The notes under the pieces were generated by a model. That model saw only the letters and a program-made list of their open reading frames with translations, made no database searches and was not told where the DNA came from. Below, piece by piece: positions 1-13,125 of a stretch of 64,000 nucleotides of DNA (within the stretch, counting starts at the first letter, position 1; every line of letters begins with the position of its first letter). This stretch comes from Paragordius varius (taxonomy: Eukaryota > Animalia > Nematomorpha), in the NCBI GenBank assembly GCA_964247055.1, contig OZ176057.1, forward strand, positions 806,001 to 870,000. The letters are read 5' to 3'. A program made the translations under genes and the position numbers.

Positions 1-101
1 TCCATCTGTTTACAGGTCAAACAAAGTTTGCTACATGGATTAGAAATCGTTTTTATATTGAAGATGGATTAAAAAATGAAACATTTTGGGTATTTTATTA
101 A

Positions 102-2523
102 CACTTGGATAGAACACATTCATTTCATTCCTTTGATTTAAATTGGGATAGTTGGATACCCCCGGCCTGATTAAAATTAAATACTTAAAAAATATATAAT
201 TGAAATATTACTTATTTTAAGGTATAATCCAAAGGTAGAAATTTATGATATATATGCATAAGTCTAAATAAAGTGGTTCTTATTCAAAGAGATTAAAAAG
301 TATAAGGGAGAAATTATCCGAAAAAAGGCAGGCCTTTATAAATGAAATACGGTTATCCGAGGATGGTGGGTTAAATGGTGATTGGGATAAAGTAATTCAG
401 TTAATCAAAAAGGCAGGAACTCTAGTTTGTGGATTAAAAGGCGGAAAATCTCAAGTATACAGAGAGGCTTGGCTTTACGATGAACGAATAATATTGATGT
501 CACGAGAAAAAGGTAAGGCTTTTGACAAATGGAGACATACAAGGAATGATGATGATAGAGATAAGTATAAAAGTTTAAATAAGGAATTGAAAAAATTAGT
601 CGGCCAGGTTAAAGAAAGAAAAGATGAATTTGTTTTATGATGAGTTAAATAGTAAGCAGGGTTTAAACAAAGTGTATAAAGTTGCGCAGCAAAGGAATAA
701 ACGGAGAATGGATTGCCAGGTTATGCGACTGCAATAAAAGGAAAAGATGGAAGCTTGTTGTGCGAAAATGTAGAAATATTAAAAAGATGAAAAGAGTACT
801 TTGTGAGTTTAGATGAAGGGGTAGGCGAGATATTTTTGCCAAATACAGTTGAAGCTACTGATAGACCAATAGAAGCAATTACACAAAAGGAAGTAGAATC
901 CAATTTGTTAGAAATGGCAAACAACAAGGCTGTAGGATCGGACGACATAAATATAAATTGTTGAAAAGTGCTTGGAAACTCTGGATTAAATTTTTTGGAG
1001 CGTGTATTTAATAAAGTTGTTTCAGCTTATGAAATCCCGGTTGAATGGAAGGAAAGTTTAACTGTGCCTTTATTCAAAGGAAAATGTGATATAAATGAAT
1101 GTAGTAACGATAGAGGGATAAAACTAATGTCGCACATCATGAAATTTAAAGAAATAATTGAAAAGCGAATCAGGAAAATGATATCTGAAGGAAATCAATT
1201 TGGTTTCATGCCAGGAAAGTCAACAGTAGATCCTATGCATGCGGTTAGGAGGTTGATTGAAAAACACATTGAAAAAAGAAAAAATTACACGTTACACGGG
1301 GTTTTAATTAACATAGTGAAGGCGTTTGACAGAATTCCTAGATAAACTATTTGGTGGAGTCTCCGTCGTAAAAAGGTGCCAAAAGTTTATATTAAGTTGT
1401 TACAAATTATGTAGGAATCCCACACCTCCAGGATTAAAACCCCACAAGGTTTATCAGAGCCCTTTTCAATAGAGCATGGAGTCTACCAAGGCTCATCACT
1501 CAGCCCCTTATTGTTTATAATTTGTATGGACGAGGTAGCCAAGGTTGTTAATGTGCAGGATGGTACTTAATGTATGCAGATGACATAATCATCTTGTCTG
1601 ATTCAATAATTGAGTTAAAAACGGTAAACAGATGGGTTGTTATGCTGGATTAATATGGTCTGAAAGTAAACAAAGCAAAAACCAACTTATTACTTTTGGG
1701 GGTCCACAACATGAAATGGTAGTTGATGATAGTTGTTCTGAAGGGTAAAGAAAGTTGCAAATATCTGCAGATGGTTTGTTGACTGATGATATTAATTTAA
1801 GAATAAAGAGCAGCTGGGTAAATTGGAAGAAAATTTCGAGCATGTTATGCGATCGAAATATTGATGTTAGAGTGAAAGGTAAGATTTACAGTTCAGTTGT
1901 CCAGCTCTCAATGATGTATCATTCACAGACTTGGAGTGTCAAAATCCGAAGAAAGACATTTTAACGTAATGAAATGAAAATGCTCAGAATGATGTGTGTG
2001 GTAACAAGAAAGGACAGAATCGAGAACAGATTTATTGGGAGCACAGATATTAAACCAATAGTGGAAAGAATGCCAAAAAATAGGCTACGTTGGTTCGGGC
2101 ACATTGTAAGGAGAGATTTATAGCCATAGATAGAGTTTTATGGCGAGACAGGTTGTATAACATGACCCACGAGTAAAACATGTAATGTAATAATAATAAT
2201 GCATATAGATCTTAAAATAATGCAAAATAAACCTCTTTTTCTTTCAATATCAATAATATTTTATGTAATTCTATTAGAAAAATTAGGTTTAATTATACTT
2301 TTTGAAAATAAACACAATATTTTGCTAAGTTGATATAAAAATGGCGTCGAATTAGTTTTATGTTAACTTGTTTCAAAACTAATTTTTATTTAGTTATTCA
2401 GCTTATTTATTTAATTAATAGGACAAAAGTATAAATTAAAAAAAGACTGTTTCTTTGAATAATTTTTAACTATCAACTTAAATATAGACTAGAGTATTCA
2501 GATGCCCCAATTTGAATCAAAGT
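102..2523 (+). mobile_element. TTAA-flanked (piggyBac-like) MITE, split by an RTE insertion
   Basis: Starts TTAA|CACTTGGATAGAAC (98-115) and ends CCCCAATTTGAATCAAAGT|TTAA (~2505-2527). Segments 102-260 and 2199-2523 align by eye with the intact copy at 54573-55135. Confidence 0.7.
261..2198 (+). mobile_element. 5'-truncated, decayed RTE-clade non-LTR retrotransposon (reverse transcriptase pseudogene)
   Basis: Frameshifted RT motifs: NDRGIKLMSH, QFGFMPGKST, KAFDRIP (ORF 968-1345), GVYQGSSLSPLLF (~1478-1516), MYADD (1570-1584), RLRWFGHIVRR (2082-2114). (TAA)n-like 3' tail at ~2183-2200; candidate TSD ATGCATA at 254-260 and 2199-2205. Confidence 0.93.
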
Positions 2524-3011
2524 TTAATTAAAATATATAAATATAAAAATTTTAATTTGTTTATCTTTTTATAATTATGCAATATTTCGTATTTCTTAAT
2601 AATCAATTACGGTGCTAAAGTTCTCTAATACATCCATATTAATATCAATTATATATTAACCATATCATCATCAATAATTTTTTACAGCAAAACGTAAAAA
2701 TTAGAACCAAATTTAAAGACAAATATTTTATAAAAATACAACCATATTTATGCAAATGAAAGTCAGACATGTAAATTGATAATACACCATGTAATTATAT
2801 ATAATTTAATATTGAAATACAGTAATATAAAAATTGTCAAGGTTGGAAAAAGTATGGTTGTCTTTTTTTCAAAAAAATATTTGTCTTTTAATTTATACGG
2901 TTTGTCTATACAAATATAATTTAAATGTAAGATTTTGACATCTATTTTGCTCTATTTTATATAAAAAAACAGTTGTGTCCAAAAATTCCCATATTTAAAG
3001 TTTCGTCCACA

Positions 3012-6000
3012 ATGTGTCGACTTAATATTACAACCCGAAATCCAGAAATTGAAAAATTGGACATGATAATATTACAAGAATATCTACCTTCGTAAATAGA
3101 TTTTATTTCAAATTGCATATTATATGGACAAAACGTTGTTTTTTCATTTTTGTCAGCTGGTTTATGAGGGTATAAAAAATTTACTTTTATTTTGGTTGTT
3201 ACATGGGTGAGAATTTTAATATATATAAATTAACACAAAATAAAATTTACACGTAGTGGAAAATCAACCAAAAATCCCAACATATTGTTAAAATAATTTG
3301 TTACAGGGATTTATGAGGTTTGTTGATATTCCTTAATTTTAAATCCTATCTTGCATAAATTATATATTTATAATTCCCATATTAAATTCCAAAATTAAAC
3401 AGTATAAATTTTTTAACACTCATAAACCAGATGACAATAAAATAAAAAACAATAGTTTTATTTTGATATATAAGTTTGTTTTACTGAACAAAAATGAATG
3501 TTAAGATTTTAATAGTAGTAACAAATAATAAAAATAGTTTCACAAAAAATATTTAATCTTCAAGGTGTTAACGCCATCTTTTGAATCGAGATTTTTATAT
3601 AATGTTTTAGGCTATTTATATTTTAAAATGTCTTTTAAAAGATCTCAACTTTTATCACTATAAATTCTTCACTGTTTGCCCGATTTAAATTTTTATATTT
3701 CAAAAACTAACTAGGTTTTTAACTAAATTATTGCGGCAAATAAATTCACTGATCATAGGCTCTCTCATGAAAAAAAATATTTTGTAAAAGATTAACCCCT
3801 TTTGCACAAAGTGTATACTTTCTAAAAAAAAATCAAGATTTTAAAAAGTGGTTGGTTGTTTTGAAAAAATAGTTGTCTTTATGATTACACGTTTTGTCTG
3901 TATATAAGTTCAATTTTTACTCTAATTATATATTTATATATATCCATGTAGAACAATTGGTAGGTGATAATCTTTATGACACATTTTTTAATATTTCTGT
4001 TTAGCTCTGAATTACAAGGTATGTTTTAATAATTAATAATCTTTATTCAATAAAAAAATTTTAAAATTTTACGAGGTATAATTTTTTTTCAATTAAACAG
4101 CTATATTTTTTGTAGTACCTTGATATTTCCTGCATGAACTAAATAATTTAGAGTAAAAATTATTATTTTTATCCGAAGAGAACGTAAAGAAAGACAATTT
4201 TTTGAGAAGTTAACCATACTTTTTAAATTATCCTAAAAATGATTTTCATTACAGTAGTATACGGAATTGATTGTGAATATACATTAATTCATACCCTGGA
4301 GTTTAAAACAATAAGTTTAAATATTTTGGAAAAAAATGTTTGTCTTTATATATCTACGTTTTGTCAGTTATTATATTTTTATTATTACTTTAATATTAGT
4401 TTATAAGTGAGAGTTATTATCATAATTTACGCAATTCTATATTTTAAATCCTTAAAAGATGAATTTAGATCAAAGTTTAAAAAATATGGTTGTGTTCTTT
4501 TAAAAAAACTATTTGTCTAATTTCTTAAATTTTTCTTAGATTAGATATGCGTGTCAGGAAATTATGAGCGCTTATGCCATGTGGCGAAATTGTCACCAAT
4601 CTGATGTTATAAGGTATTTTTCAATTAAAAAAAAGTTTTCAGGCTAATACATTATACAATATGAGATTAGGAATTTACTATCTAGAAAAAAAATATTTTC
4701 AGATAAAAATTTAAGGAATTTTTATTAACTTGGGTGTTTTATATAAAAAATAATATAATCTGTGGTAATTAACAAGTAGAATGGTTGGTTTTTAATACAT
4801 AGAGCTTTTTTAAAATTTATCTTTACAGATATATTTTATAATATGAAAATTCAAATTTTAAACCAATAAAGAGGAGAAAGATCATACGCAAGAATATTTT
4901 ATATTAAGAGTTATAAAGGAACATCAGATTTCCTACATTAAAGTTAATTAAATTCCTAAATTTAAAAATAATACAAAATAAACATTTTTTCTGTTTTAAA
5001 CCTTTATAGCTCTAAACGCGATATTTTTCAAAAAATAAGTAATTTGATATAAATTTTATTTAAAACTAAATTTACTTATTCGGTTATTTAAATAATTTAG
5101 AGGAGCAAAAATTTATATTAGAACCGTTTCTTGTTTTAGTATAAATTTAAATATAGGATGGGGTATTTAAATACCCCAATTAGGTACTAAAATATTGTTT
5201 TATTTTTGGAAATGACACCGAAATAAAGAATTCAACCCAAACTAAAATCATTTATCCTACACCATTTGTTTTTTCATATGTATCTAATTAAAACACAAAT
5301 AAATAAAACTTGTTCTTAAAATTTAACATGACTTATAATGTTAATTAATTTTATAGAAGGATGGATGTTTCGGACCCATCGCAAATTATTGGACAAGTGG
5401 CTACTTTCCAGGAGATAGGTACATTATTAGAACTTAAATGAATATCAGAAAATATGTGAAATCTAGTTAAACAAAATGATTTATCAAACGAACATAATTG
5501 ATATTTGAAAAAAATTAAGGCACCTTGATTTTCTATTTTTTTATCGAATCAAAATTTAATGCATATACATAAAAATTAAAAATTATGAAGTCATGAGGTA
5601 TTGAAGGACAAACATATTTTTCTAAATGATTACAACCCTACTTTTTCTAACATAAAACTGTTTAAATTACAAATTCAATAGTATTATCAATTCGCATTTC
5701 TATCCTTTGCACCTATTTTGCAGCCAAAACGATGTAATATCCAAAAAATATCATTTTTTTATAATTTTTTAACAAAAAGTATTTGAGGAATTTTAGTCTG
5801 AACATGATGAATTTTTCTCTAAATTGAGGAAATATATATTTAATTTACAGTATGCATTTTAATGGTCGCTTATTTCACACTATAGTAGGGCAATTTGCAA
5901 CACATTAGTGTGTGGAAAAAACAACAAAATGTTGATAAACAATTATTTATCTTTTTTCCATACACTCCTGAGTTTCAAATTGCCTTACAATAAGGTGAAA

Positions 6001-6767
6001 TAAGCAACTATTAAAATGCTTAATGTATATTAAATTTTATATAGCATGTAGAAGATTTTATATCAAATATCCTAATTCTAAAACACTATTTTTTGTTAGA
6101 TACAACCAGGATAATTGGTAACGTGCGGGAGCTCACAACTCATGACTTTCCATTTTATGTATGTTGTTTTTTTTCTAAAATTTAAAAAAGTATTTTGAAT
6201 ATCCGAAAATCAATTTATAAATATTACTATATTCAAAAAAGCTAAATTTATGAGCTTATAGCGTATTTAATCTGTTTTGTTCAACATGTTCAGTTAATTG
6301 GAATATATAAAGACAAAACATAAAGATCTTTTATAGGAAAAGAATATTATTTACCCACATTCTTTTTTAGTGTGATTCTTGAATTAAAAAATATCTCTAA
6401 TCCATATTCTACAACACATAACAATAGTTAAAACCATAGAAATCATATTTATTTTTAAGTTCAACATTTAATCTGCATAATTTTATAATATTTTTACTCT
6501 AAATATATATATTCCTAGGTGTGTCCCCATGCCAAATTTATATCGCATGAAATTTATTGTACATTTGGCATATCGAAAAACACGGAACCACTCTTGATTA
6601 GTAATCGAATGGAATACATGAAATTATTTAGCAATTCCCATTTTCCCAATCAAAGCTTGGAAGGTAGCACACGTAATCAAATTGACCGATTTGAATACAT
6701 GGCAAAATCAGCTCTTAAAACATCAAACGAATGCAATTACAAAAATTTTTTATGCATATTTTTTTAA
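3012..6767 (+). CDS. Putative uncharacterised spliced gene (~181 aa, 7 exons including 8-nt and 14-nt micro-exons)
   Basis: Exons 3012(or 2973)-3091, 3952-3959, 4005-4018, 4540-4613, 5357-5418, 6100-6158, 6519-6767. All introns are GT-AG and phases join into one open frame (...EYLPSTIALNYKIRYACQEIMSAYAMWRNCHQSDVIRRMDVSDPSQIIGQVATFQEIDTTRIIGNVRELTTHDFPFYVCPHAKF...). Family not recognised; the last four exons are better supported than the first three. Confidence 0.55.
5849..6025. mobile_element. Short MITE (~180 bp)
   Basis: Imperfect TIRs GCATTTTAATGGTCGCTTATTTCAC / GTGAAATAAGCAACTATTAAAATGC; a related left end occurs at ~51148-51200. Confidence 0.6.
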
Positions 6768-7167
6768 ATATTATTATGACATTTTGAGCAAAATTTTGTT
6801 TTTAATTTTCTATTAATATATTGGCAGAAAAATGGTATATAATATTTATTAGGATAAATTCACAGTTCGAAATTATACAGACAAAATGTTTCCTTAGTTT
6901 TTTTCTAAATTAATTACATATTACAAAATCAAAAATACATGATTGTGTTACCAATATAAATACTTATTTCTATACAAATAAAGTTTTAAATAGTATGATT
7001 GTCAATTTATAGTTGTCTATAAGTTTTTAAATTTGCATAAGTAGTAAATTTCTACTGTCCCTTGTTCGAATTTCAACACTTCATTGCCAATAAAAAAAAT
7101 GCTTGTAAAACAAAATGCGATATATAGTTATTTCTGTTTACTGCTATTAGCCAATATACTTTATACA

Positions 7168-8690
7168 TAAGGTGACCAGATTTTTTGAAGGAAAAAGCGG
7201 GACAAATCTGAGAAGGGGGGGAGGTCATTGGGGGGTATAACCAAAAAATTTTATACAAAAAATTTATTGTAATATTTATTTATTTTTAACACAAATACAT
7301 TATAAATATAAAAAAATTTGTACCTTACAGGTTGTTTGTTAAATTTACATGTGCACGAACAAAGGGTGAAGTTGTAATATTCTAGAAAAAATAGGGTGAT
7401 GCAAGAAGCGGCACAAAAAATATTTTAAGCAATTTAGCGAATAATCTTAATCAAAACATTATTGGCAGATACACAACGCTATTCAAACAGCTACTGATTT
7501 GTTACTCCTGGATGTGGAAAATATAAGAGATTGAACCTAGAATCCTATTTTTTATCACAGGACAACAAAATTCAAGTCAAAAAAGGTTAGAAAATAATTT
7601 TATACCATTACCTAATCGCAATACTATAAAGCATCCAGAAAAACAAGTCTCAATGAATAGCCAGAATATAAAAATGCGTTATACAAACAGAAACGATTAT
7701 TTGGAAGACAAGACGGTGCACAATGACACTTTTTTATGAAGTCTCATCTATATAGTTATAAAAATGGAAAATGCTGGCTTTGTGATCTGGTACCGGAAAC
7801 CGGTAGACCCATTCAAATCCAAACATCGAAAAAATATCATCATTAATGAATGCCCCGACAATAGCTTCGCCCTTTTTTGAAATAGGCCCCCAGTTTGGGC
7901 CCACCCCGTCTGAAAAACGGTTTTTTTTGAAAACAGAAGTCCATAAAAATAGTGTCTTTGAGACAATTTTCTGGAGAACGTGTTGGACCATTCAATTAAT
8001 ATGATTTTTGTTTACTTATTTTTGATCGCGGTGAACATAGTCGACTCACATTTTTAATTTAGGCCCTCTTTTTACCCGCTACCCCCGTAAATGCCACTTT
8101 TTTCAAAAAAAAACAAAGTCCACAAAAATAATTTTTTGATTGTATTTTTTTGCCCAAGGTATGAGACTGTAAAAATTCGATAAGGATTTTTCGTAATTCC
8201 TGTTAAAAGGCATTTAGTCAGGCGTTTCTTAGATAATAGCTGCTGACGAAGGAGTATCTATCATATGTATAGGATGTTAAAAGATATATGGATAATAAAA
8301 CATTATTTATGGTAATCTATATATCTATAAAAATGGAAAAATAGCCCCCCAGAAGTCCGAAGGACTTCCTCGGGCTGCGTAGCAGCACGAGATTTACGCT
8401 AGTTATTAAATAAATATATTGAATGAAAACGTATATTATGACAACAGAAAAAAATACGCAGGATAGAAATGGTTTTAAAACAATCATTTTAAACAAATTA
8501 TGTTTCATAAAATAATATTTAATTGTAGAATTTGCATTATCTTTACCTGAACCACTGCTATTGAACGCATTTAACAGTAAATTAAGTAAGGACACGGAAT
8601 CAAACTTAAATGTTGATTAAAAGCCATTTTATGTGTTCAAATATAATTTGACAAATTATGAAGACTTATACAATATTTTAAGTAATTTTG
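7168..8690 (+). mobile_element. Internally deleted hAT (Blackjack-like) copy, interrupted by a Helitron
   Basis: Terminal motif TAAGGTGACCAGATTTT...AAAAGCGGGACA at 7168. Blocks 7376-7720 and 8403-8660 match, in inverted orientation, the transposase remnant at 8727-10541 (e.g. aataatcttaatcaaaacattattggc; ttagaaaataattttataccatta; ttatctttacctg). Confidence 0.65.
7747..8402 (+). mobile_element. Non-autonomous Helitron
   Basis: 5' A|TCTATATAGTTATAAAAATGG (7746/7747); 3' hairpin CTCGGGCTGCGTAGCAGCACGAG (8369-8391) then CTAG|T (8399-8403), i.e. an A/T target with no TSD. A second internal TC-type terminus lies at 8316. Homologous to 58587-59240 on the - strand. Confidence 0.78.
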
Positions 8691-8726
8691 TTTATTTTTT
8701 AACACAAAAACTTTATGGAAAATATT

Positions 8727-10541
8727 TTATTTTTTGGTATATTTTTTGTTTGAGTGAATGCGTTTTAGCAGATTGTCATCATTTTTTTAAATGTAGAAGC
8801 TTAACAAGAATTTGTCAAATTATATTTGACAGATAAAACGGCATTTAAAGTTTCAACATTTAAATTTGATTTTTACAATGTCCACACCTGATTTACTGTG
8901 GAAAAAACGCGCTCAGTAGCAGTGTTGGTTCCAGGTAAAGATAGTGCGAATTCCACAATTTTCAAAATATTATTGTATGTAATTTCCAACCATTTCTTTT
9001 CTACTGTATATTTTTCTTAAGTTTTACATTATAATATATCTTTTAACTAATGATTCTTCAGAAAAAAGATCATTTTCTAAAAGATTACTTTTTGAATTTT
9101 TGGGAACAGATATAATCAAATGATTTTTGAACATCGCACCAATTAAATTCTGATTTTAATGTTATCCAATGAAAATGATCAATTTAATTGAATTGAGTCG
9201 TCCAGTCTTCCAAATAATCTTTACAGTTTGTATAAAACATTTTTATATGGTACAGGATATCTTGGCGATTTATTAAGCCTTGTTTTTCTGAATTATTTAT
9301 TATATTGCGGATGGTTAATGGTATAAAATTATTTTCTAACCGTTCTTGACATTGGAATTTTAGGTTACTAACTTCATTGGCTACTTCAATTGCCGAAATT
9401 TTGTCACCTTCTATAAATTTAATAACATTTTAAAAGAGAGAAGCTTGATTATGTAAAAATTCTAACCATATTTTTGAAGAATCACTTTCAAAAAACTTTT
9501 TTAAAGTTGTAGGACATTTGTCCTGTCATAAAAAAATGATTTTAAAGGATCATACATTTTTAAATTCTTCCGATAGCTGGCATAAAAGCCGAGTTTTACA
9601 ATATCCAAGCATTTTTTGATATTGAACTTCTGCATTTTCACAGAATTCCTTAAGCGTTTCAACGCGTACCGTGTATATATTAACATAGGAATATATTTTA
9701 ACAACTACATTTTCCACATCTAGGGGTAACAATCAGCAGCTGTTTGAATAGCGTTGTGTATTATATGCGCTGCACACCCAACGCCAATAATGTTTTGATT
9801 AAGATTATCTGTTAATTTATGAAAAATATTTTTTGTTCCCCTCCTTGTTTTTCCACCAAAGTTCGTATTGGTGTTGTCAGCGCAATATGCGATAATTTTG
9901 TCTTTTAGACTATTTTCTAGAATATGCATTATTGAAGTAAATATTATTTCGGAATTTTCACCGGGTAGAGAAATTAAATCTAAAATTTTTATTTTACTCC
10001 CGTTTCTGAATCCAAATATCTTATTAAAGTGGGAAATAAATTTGTTTCATGGTGATTTGATACATCAGAGTATAGGGATAAAAAATTAATTTTCAGCAAA
10101 TCTTTTTGTATTTCGGAAAATGCATGTGGCGAAAGGGCATTGCACACAATGGCTTCAGCCTTTGTACGGGCACATGTAAATTTATAATGGAATAACGTGC
10201 GAATAACTTGTGAGGTAAAATCCATAGATCTAAAGGAATGATTGTGATAAACGGCGTGAAAAGATAAAACGCCTTCGGCTAATGCCAAATTCTTTTCTTC
10301 CTCTTCAAAAGCGGTTTTTCGATAAAAATCGCTCATTTTGTAAGATGATGCCGCCATATCCAAACATTTTTTTATTCTGTGTTTCCATATGCTTTGTAAT
10401 ATCATGCTTGCCGCCATGTGCTAGGGTGAATTCCCCCTCGCATATAAAACATTTAACAGATGATTCATTCTTCGTTTTTTTTATAAAAGGAAAATCTTTC
10501 ATTAATTCATCGTTGAATTTACAACCTCTTTTTGTGCTCAT
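8727..10541 (-). pseudogene. Decayed hAT-family transposase
   Basis: N-terminal zinc-finger-like VKCFICEGEF..HGGKHDITKH (ORF 10305-10541), ADNTNTNFGG / GCAAHIIHNA core (9720-9929), and C-terminal dimerisation-like LSLPGTNTATERVFS...LLKRIHSNKKY (~8730-8960); multiple frameshifts and stops. Confidence 0.88.
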
Positions 10542-10547
10542 ATTTAT

Positions 10548-10800
10548 AAACTAATATTAGTATAATATATATTATATTACCTTAATTTTCTGGAATAAAC
10601 GTGTAAGGTACCGATTTGTGGTATCAATTTGTCTTTTAAGCTACCGATTTGTGGTATTAATTTGGCTTTTTAATAATGTTGGCAAGTAATAAAACTAAAA
10701 TATTAGTATAATAAATATTATATACCTTAATTTTCTGAAATAAACGTGTAAGCTACCGATTTGTGGTATTAATTTGTCTTTTAATCTAGAGATTTGTGGT
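10548..10800. repeat. ~145-bp tandem duplication with four copies of (c/g)taccgatttgtggta(t/c)taattt upstream of the transposase ATG
   Basis: Direct repeats 10548-10640 and 10693-10790; probably subterminal repeats of the hAT element. Confidence 0.7.
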
Positions 10801-11889
10801 ATTTTGTTTTTATATTATTCCGTTTTGTCCGTATAACTAATTACCGTATTTTTTGTCTATTTTTATGTATGACCTTTTAAGATGAATCTCCTTTATCACA
10901 AATTCGCTAAAATTATTATCATAATTATTTCCAATATTTAGCGTATGGCATTAAAAAATGTTTAACAACAATTTAATAACCAAACTTAATTTAAAATATA
11001 GAGAAACAAATGGTTAAATGCAAACGTTAGTTGTTTTTTTACCATACGCTCCAGTAGAAGATTTCAGAAAAACTTTTAAATTCCATTTATAATAGGCGCA
11101 TTTTACTACAGTAGGTATAAAAAAGGGTTGTCTATAATTAAATAACCAAATTAATGGAATATCGGGTAACAAATGGCTAAATACAACCAATAGTTGTTTT
11201 TTACCATATGCTACTGTATTTTTTTCTAGGAAATTTAAAAAATCTTTCTGAAACCAATACTTAACTCTATATCATTTTATAAATTTAATTTTTTCAACAA
11301 TATTAATATTTTTATTTCAATTTATAGCAACACATCAATGATGAATACTTAGCGCTTTAACTCTATCACACAATAGATAACTTATTTGAGCTACCTAATG
11401 TAGTGTAATTAATAGCTTAAATAAATACTTTATATACTATACCGGATATTTGTAAAAAACCTGAAAAAATTATTCCTCAAGGCTCAAGTAATTGTTAAAA
11501 TACTATTTTGTCGCAAATATTTTCATATAAGATTTTTGAGCAGTAATGATTCAATCGCTGTATATTTCAATTTTAGGCACAAGTTTTTTGATTGGGGCAT
11601 TTTCTAATAATATAAAAATCTAATTTTTTATAACTGTAAATCTAAAAAATTATGATATTTGCATGGGATTTTGGCTGAAAATAAGTTTACAATTTTAACT
11701 ATATCATAGCCGCAAATAAGTTATTACGACTCATATATATGTTCTAAGCAAGGGTTTAACTTAAAAAATCAACATTATATCAGTTTAATATAAATCAGTT
11801 TTGAAAAACTCTCTCAAATAAGAAAAATTGTTAAATACCCAGTTAGAGGATAGAGAAATAGGTTTTGTAAAATTTCAAAATATTTAAAG

Positions 11890-12150
11890 CAGGGTGGTAT
11901 CCAACCTAATGTTTGGGATCGAAAAATCCGCATGGGAATTCACAATAATATTTTATTAGATTTCAAAGACAAACTACTATTAGTTTTAACAAATTTTGCT
12001 AGTTCATTGCCCAGATTTGGAAAAAATTATTTAAAAAATTTGTTTAAAACCAGTTATTTTATAAAATTTGTAATGTAATAATTTCTCGTAGGCGCAAAAA
12101 CATTTTGGAGGGCCGCATTTGACTGGCGGGCCACGTGTTACACACCCCTG
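11890..12150. mobile_element. hAT-Charlie-like MITE
   Basis: Ends CAGGGTGG...CACCCCTG; GGGCCGCATTTGACTGGCGGGCC subterminal motif; 8-bp flanks ATTTAAAG / TTTTAAAG (7/8 match). Confidence 0.7.
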
Positions 12151-13125
12151 TTTTAAAGGGAAAGCAAAATTTAATTATACCATTTGCAGTTTAAATTCAC
12201 CCTAAAACAATTCAAATTCAACCTTGAACAATTCAAATTATCCAACAATTCATTTATTGAGATTAAAAAAACACATAATTTACTTTTAAGGTGAATTTGA
12301 ATTCAAGGTTCTTCATCTAAGGTAACAAACTGGTTAATAAAATGTAGTTTTGATACGAGAAATTTTATTAAACACTCAGAAACTATTATACATTAGCCTT
12401 GGCTTTTATATTTATTTAATATACTATTATCTATAATAAACTGTATCCAATTCTATTAAGTTTCAATAAAAGCGTTAAGTTATGTTTTCAGTTATTTGTC
12501 TCACCATGGACCCGAATTTTTAATTCTGAAAGTTACAAAACGAAATTCTTTTAGATCATAAAATCACCCTATATATATTAAACAATGTACCCTAAAACAC
12601 AACTGGACCAGCCACGTATATTTTTTAGGGAAAATCTCTCATATGATGTGCTTTCTGGTTTGAGGCAGAGTTATTTAAAAGTAATTTCCGCTTGTAGTAT
12701 GGCACATGCTTGGTATCGAATATACATTTGCGTTTATCAAAATAAAACATTTTTAAAAGAATAGAAATTTGGAAAAATTGGATTCAAATATTATTATGAT
12801 ATATAATAATCTGATAGATAAATATATCAAGTTATTCATAGTGTTTTTGGTTTTGAGCCTTATTCCACTTTCGTTTTACATATCGACATATCGCAAAATT
12901 TGAGCACATTATGTGATAAAATATTTTTTAGGTGAAATCTAAATGCTTCCTTTCAAAATATAAAAATATTGCTGTATATTCTAAAAGTAAAAAATTTCTA
13001 AAATTTTAATTTTGGGCAGTGAGCTGCGGGAGTCACAAATTATTAGCCCCTTCGAAAAAAGGCTAGATATTAAAATAACCACAGAAATTCCGTTATTACG
13101 CCAAAACAATTTTAATATATGGTAG

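Noticed and set aside
3125-3460. Additional micro-exons (3157-3169, 3307-3317) for the unknown gene
   Set aside because: They lie in an imperfect inverted repeat (ttgtcagctggtttatgag / ctcataaaccagatgacaa) and are not needed to keep the frame.
8510-8975. Apparent foldback MITE with ~60-bp TIRs
   Set aside because: The arms translate as the hAT C-terminal dimerisation region; this is the junction of two inverted transposase copies.
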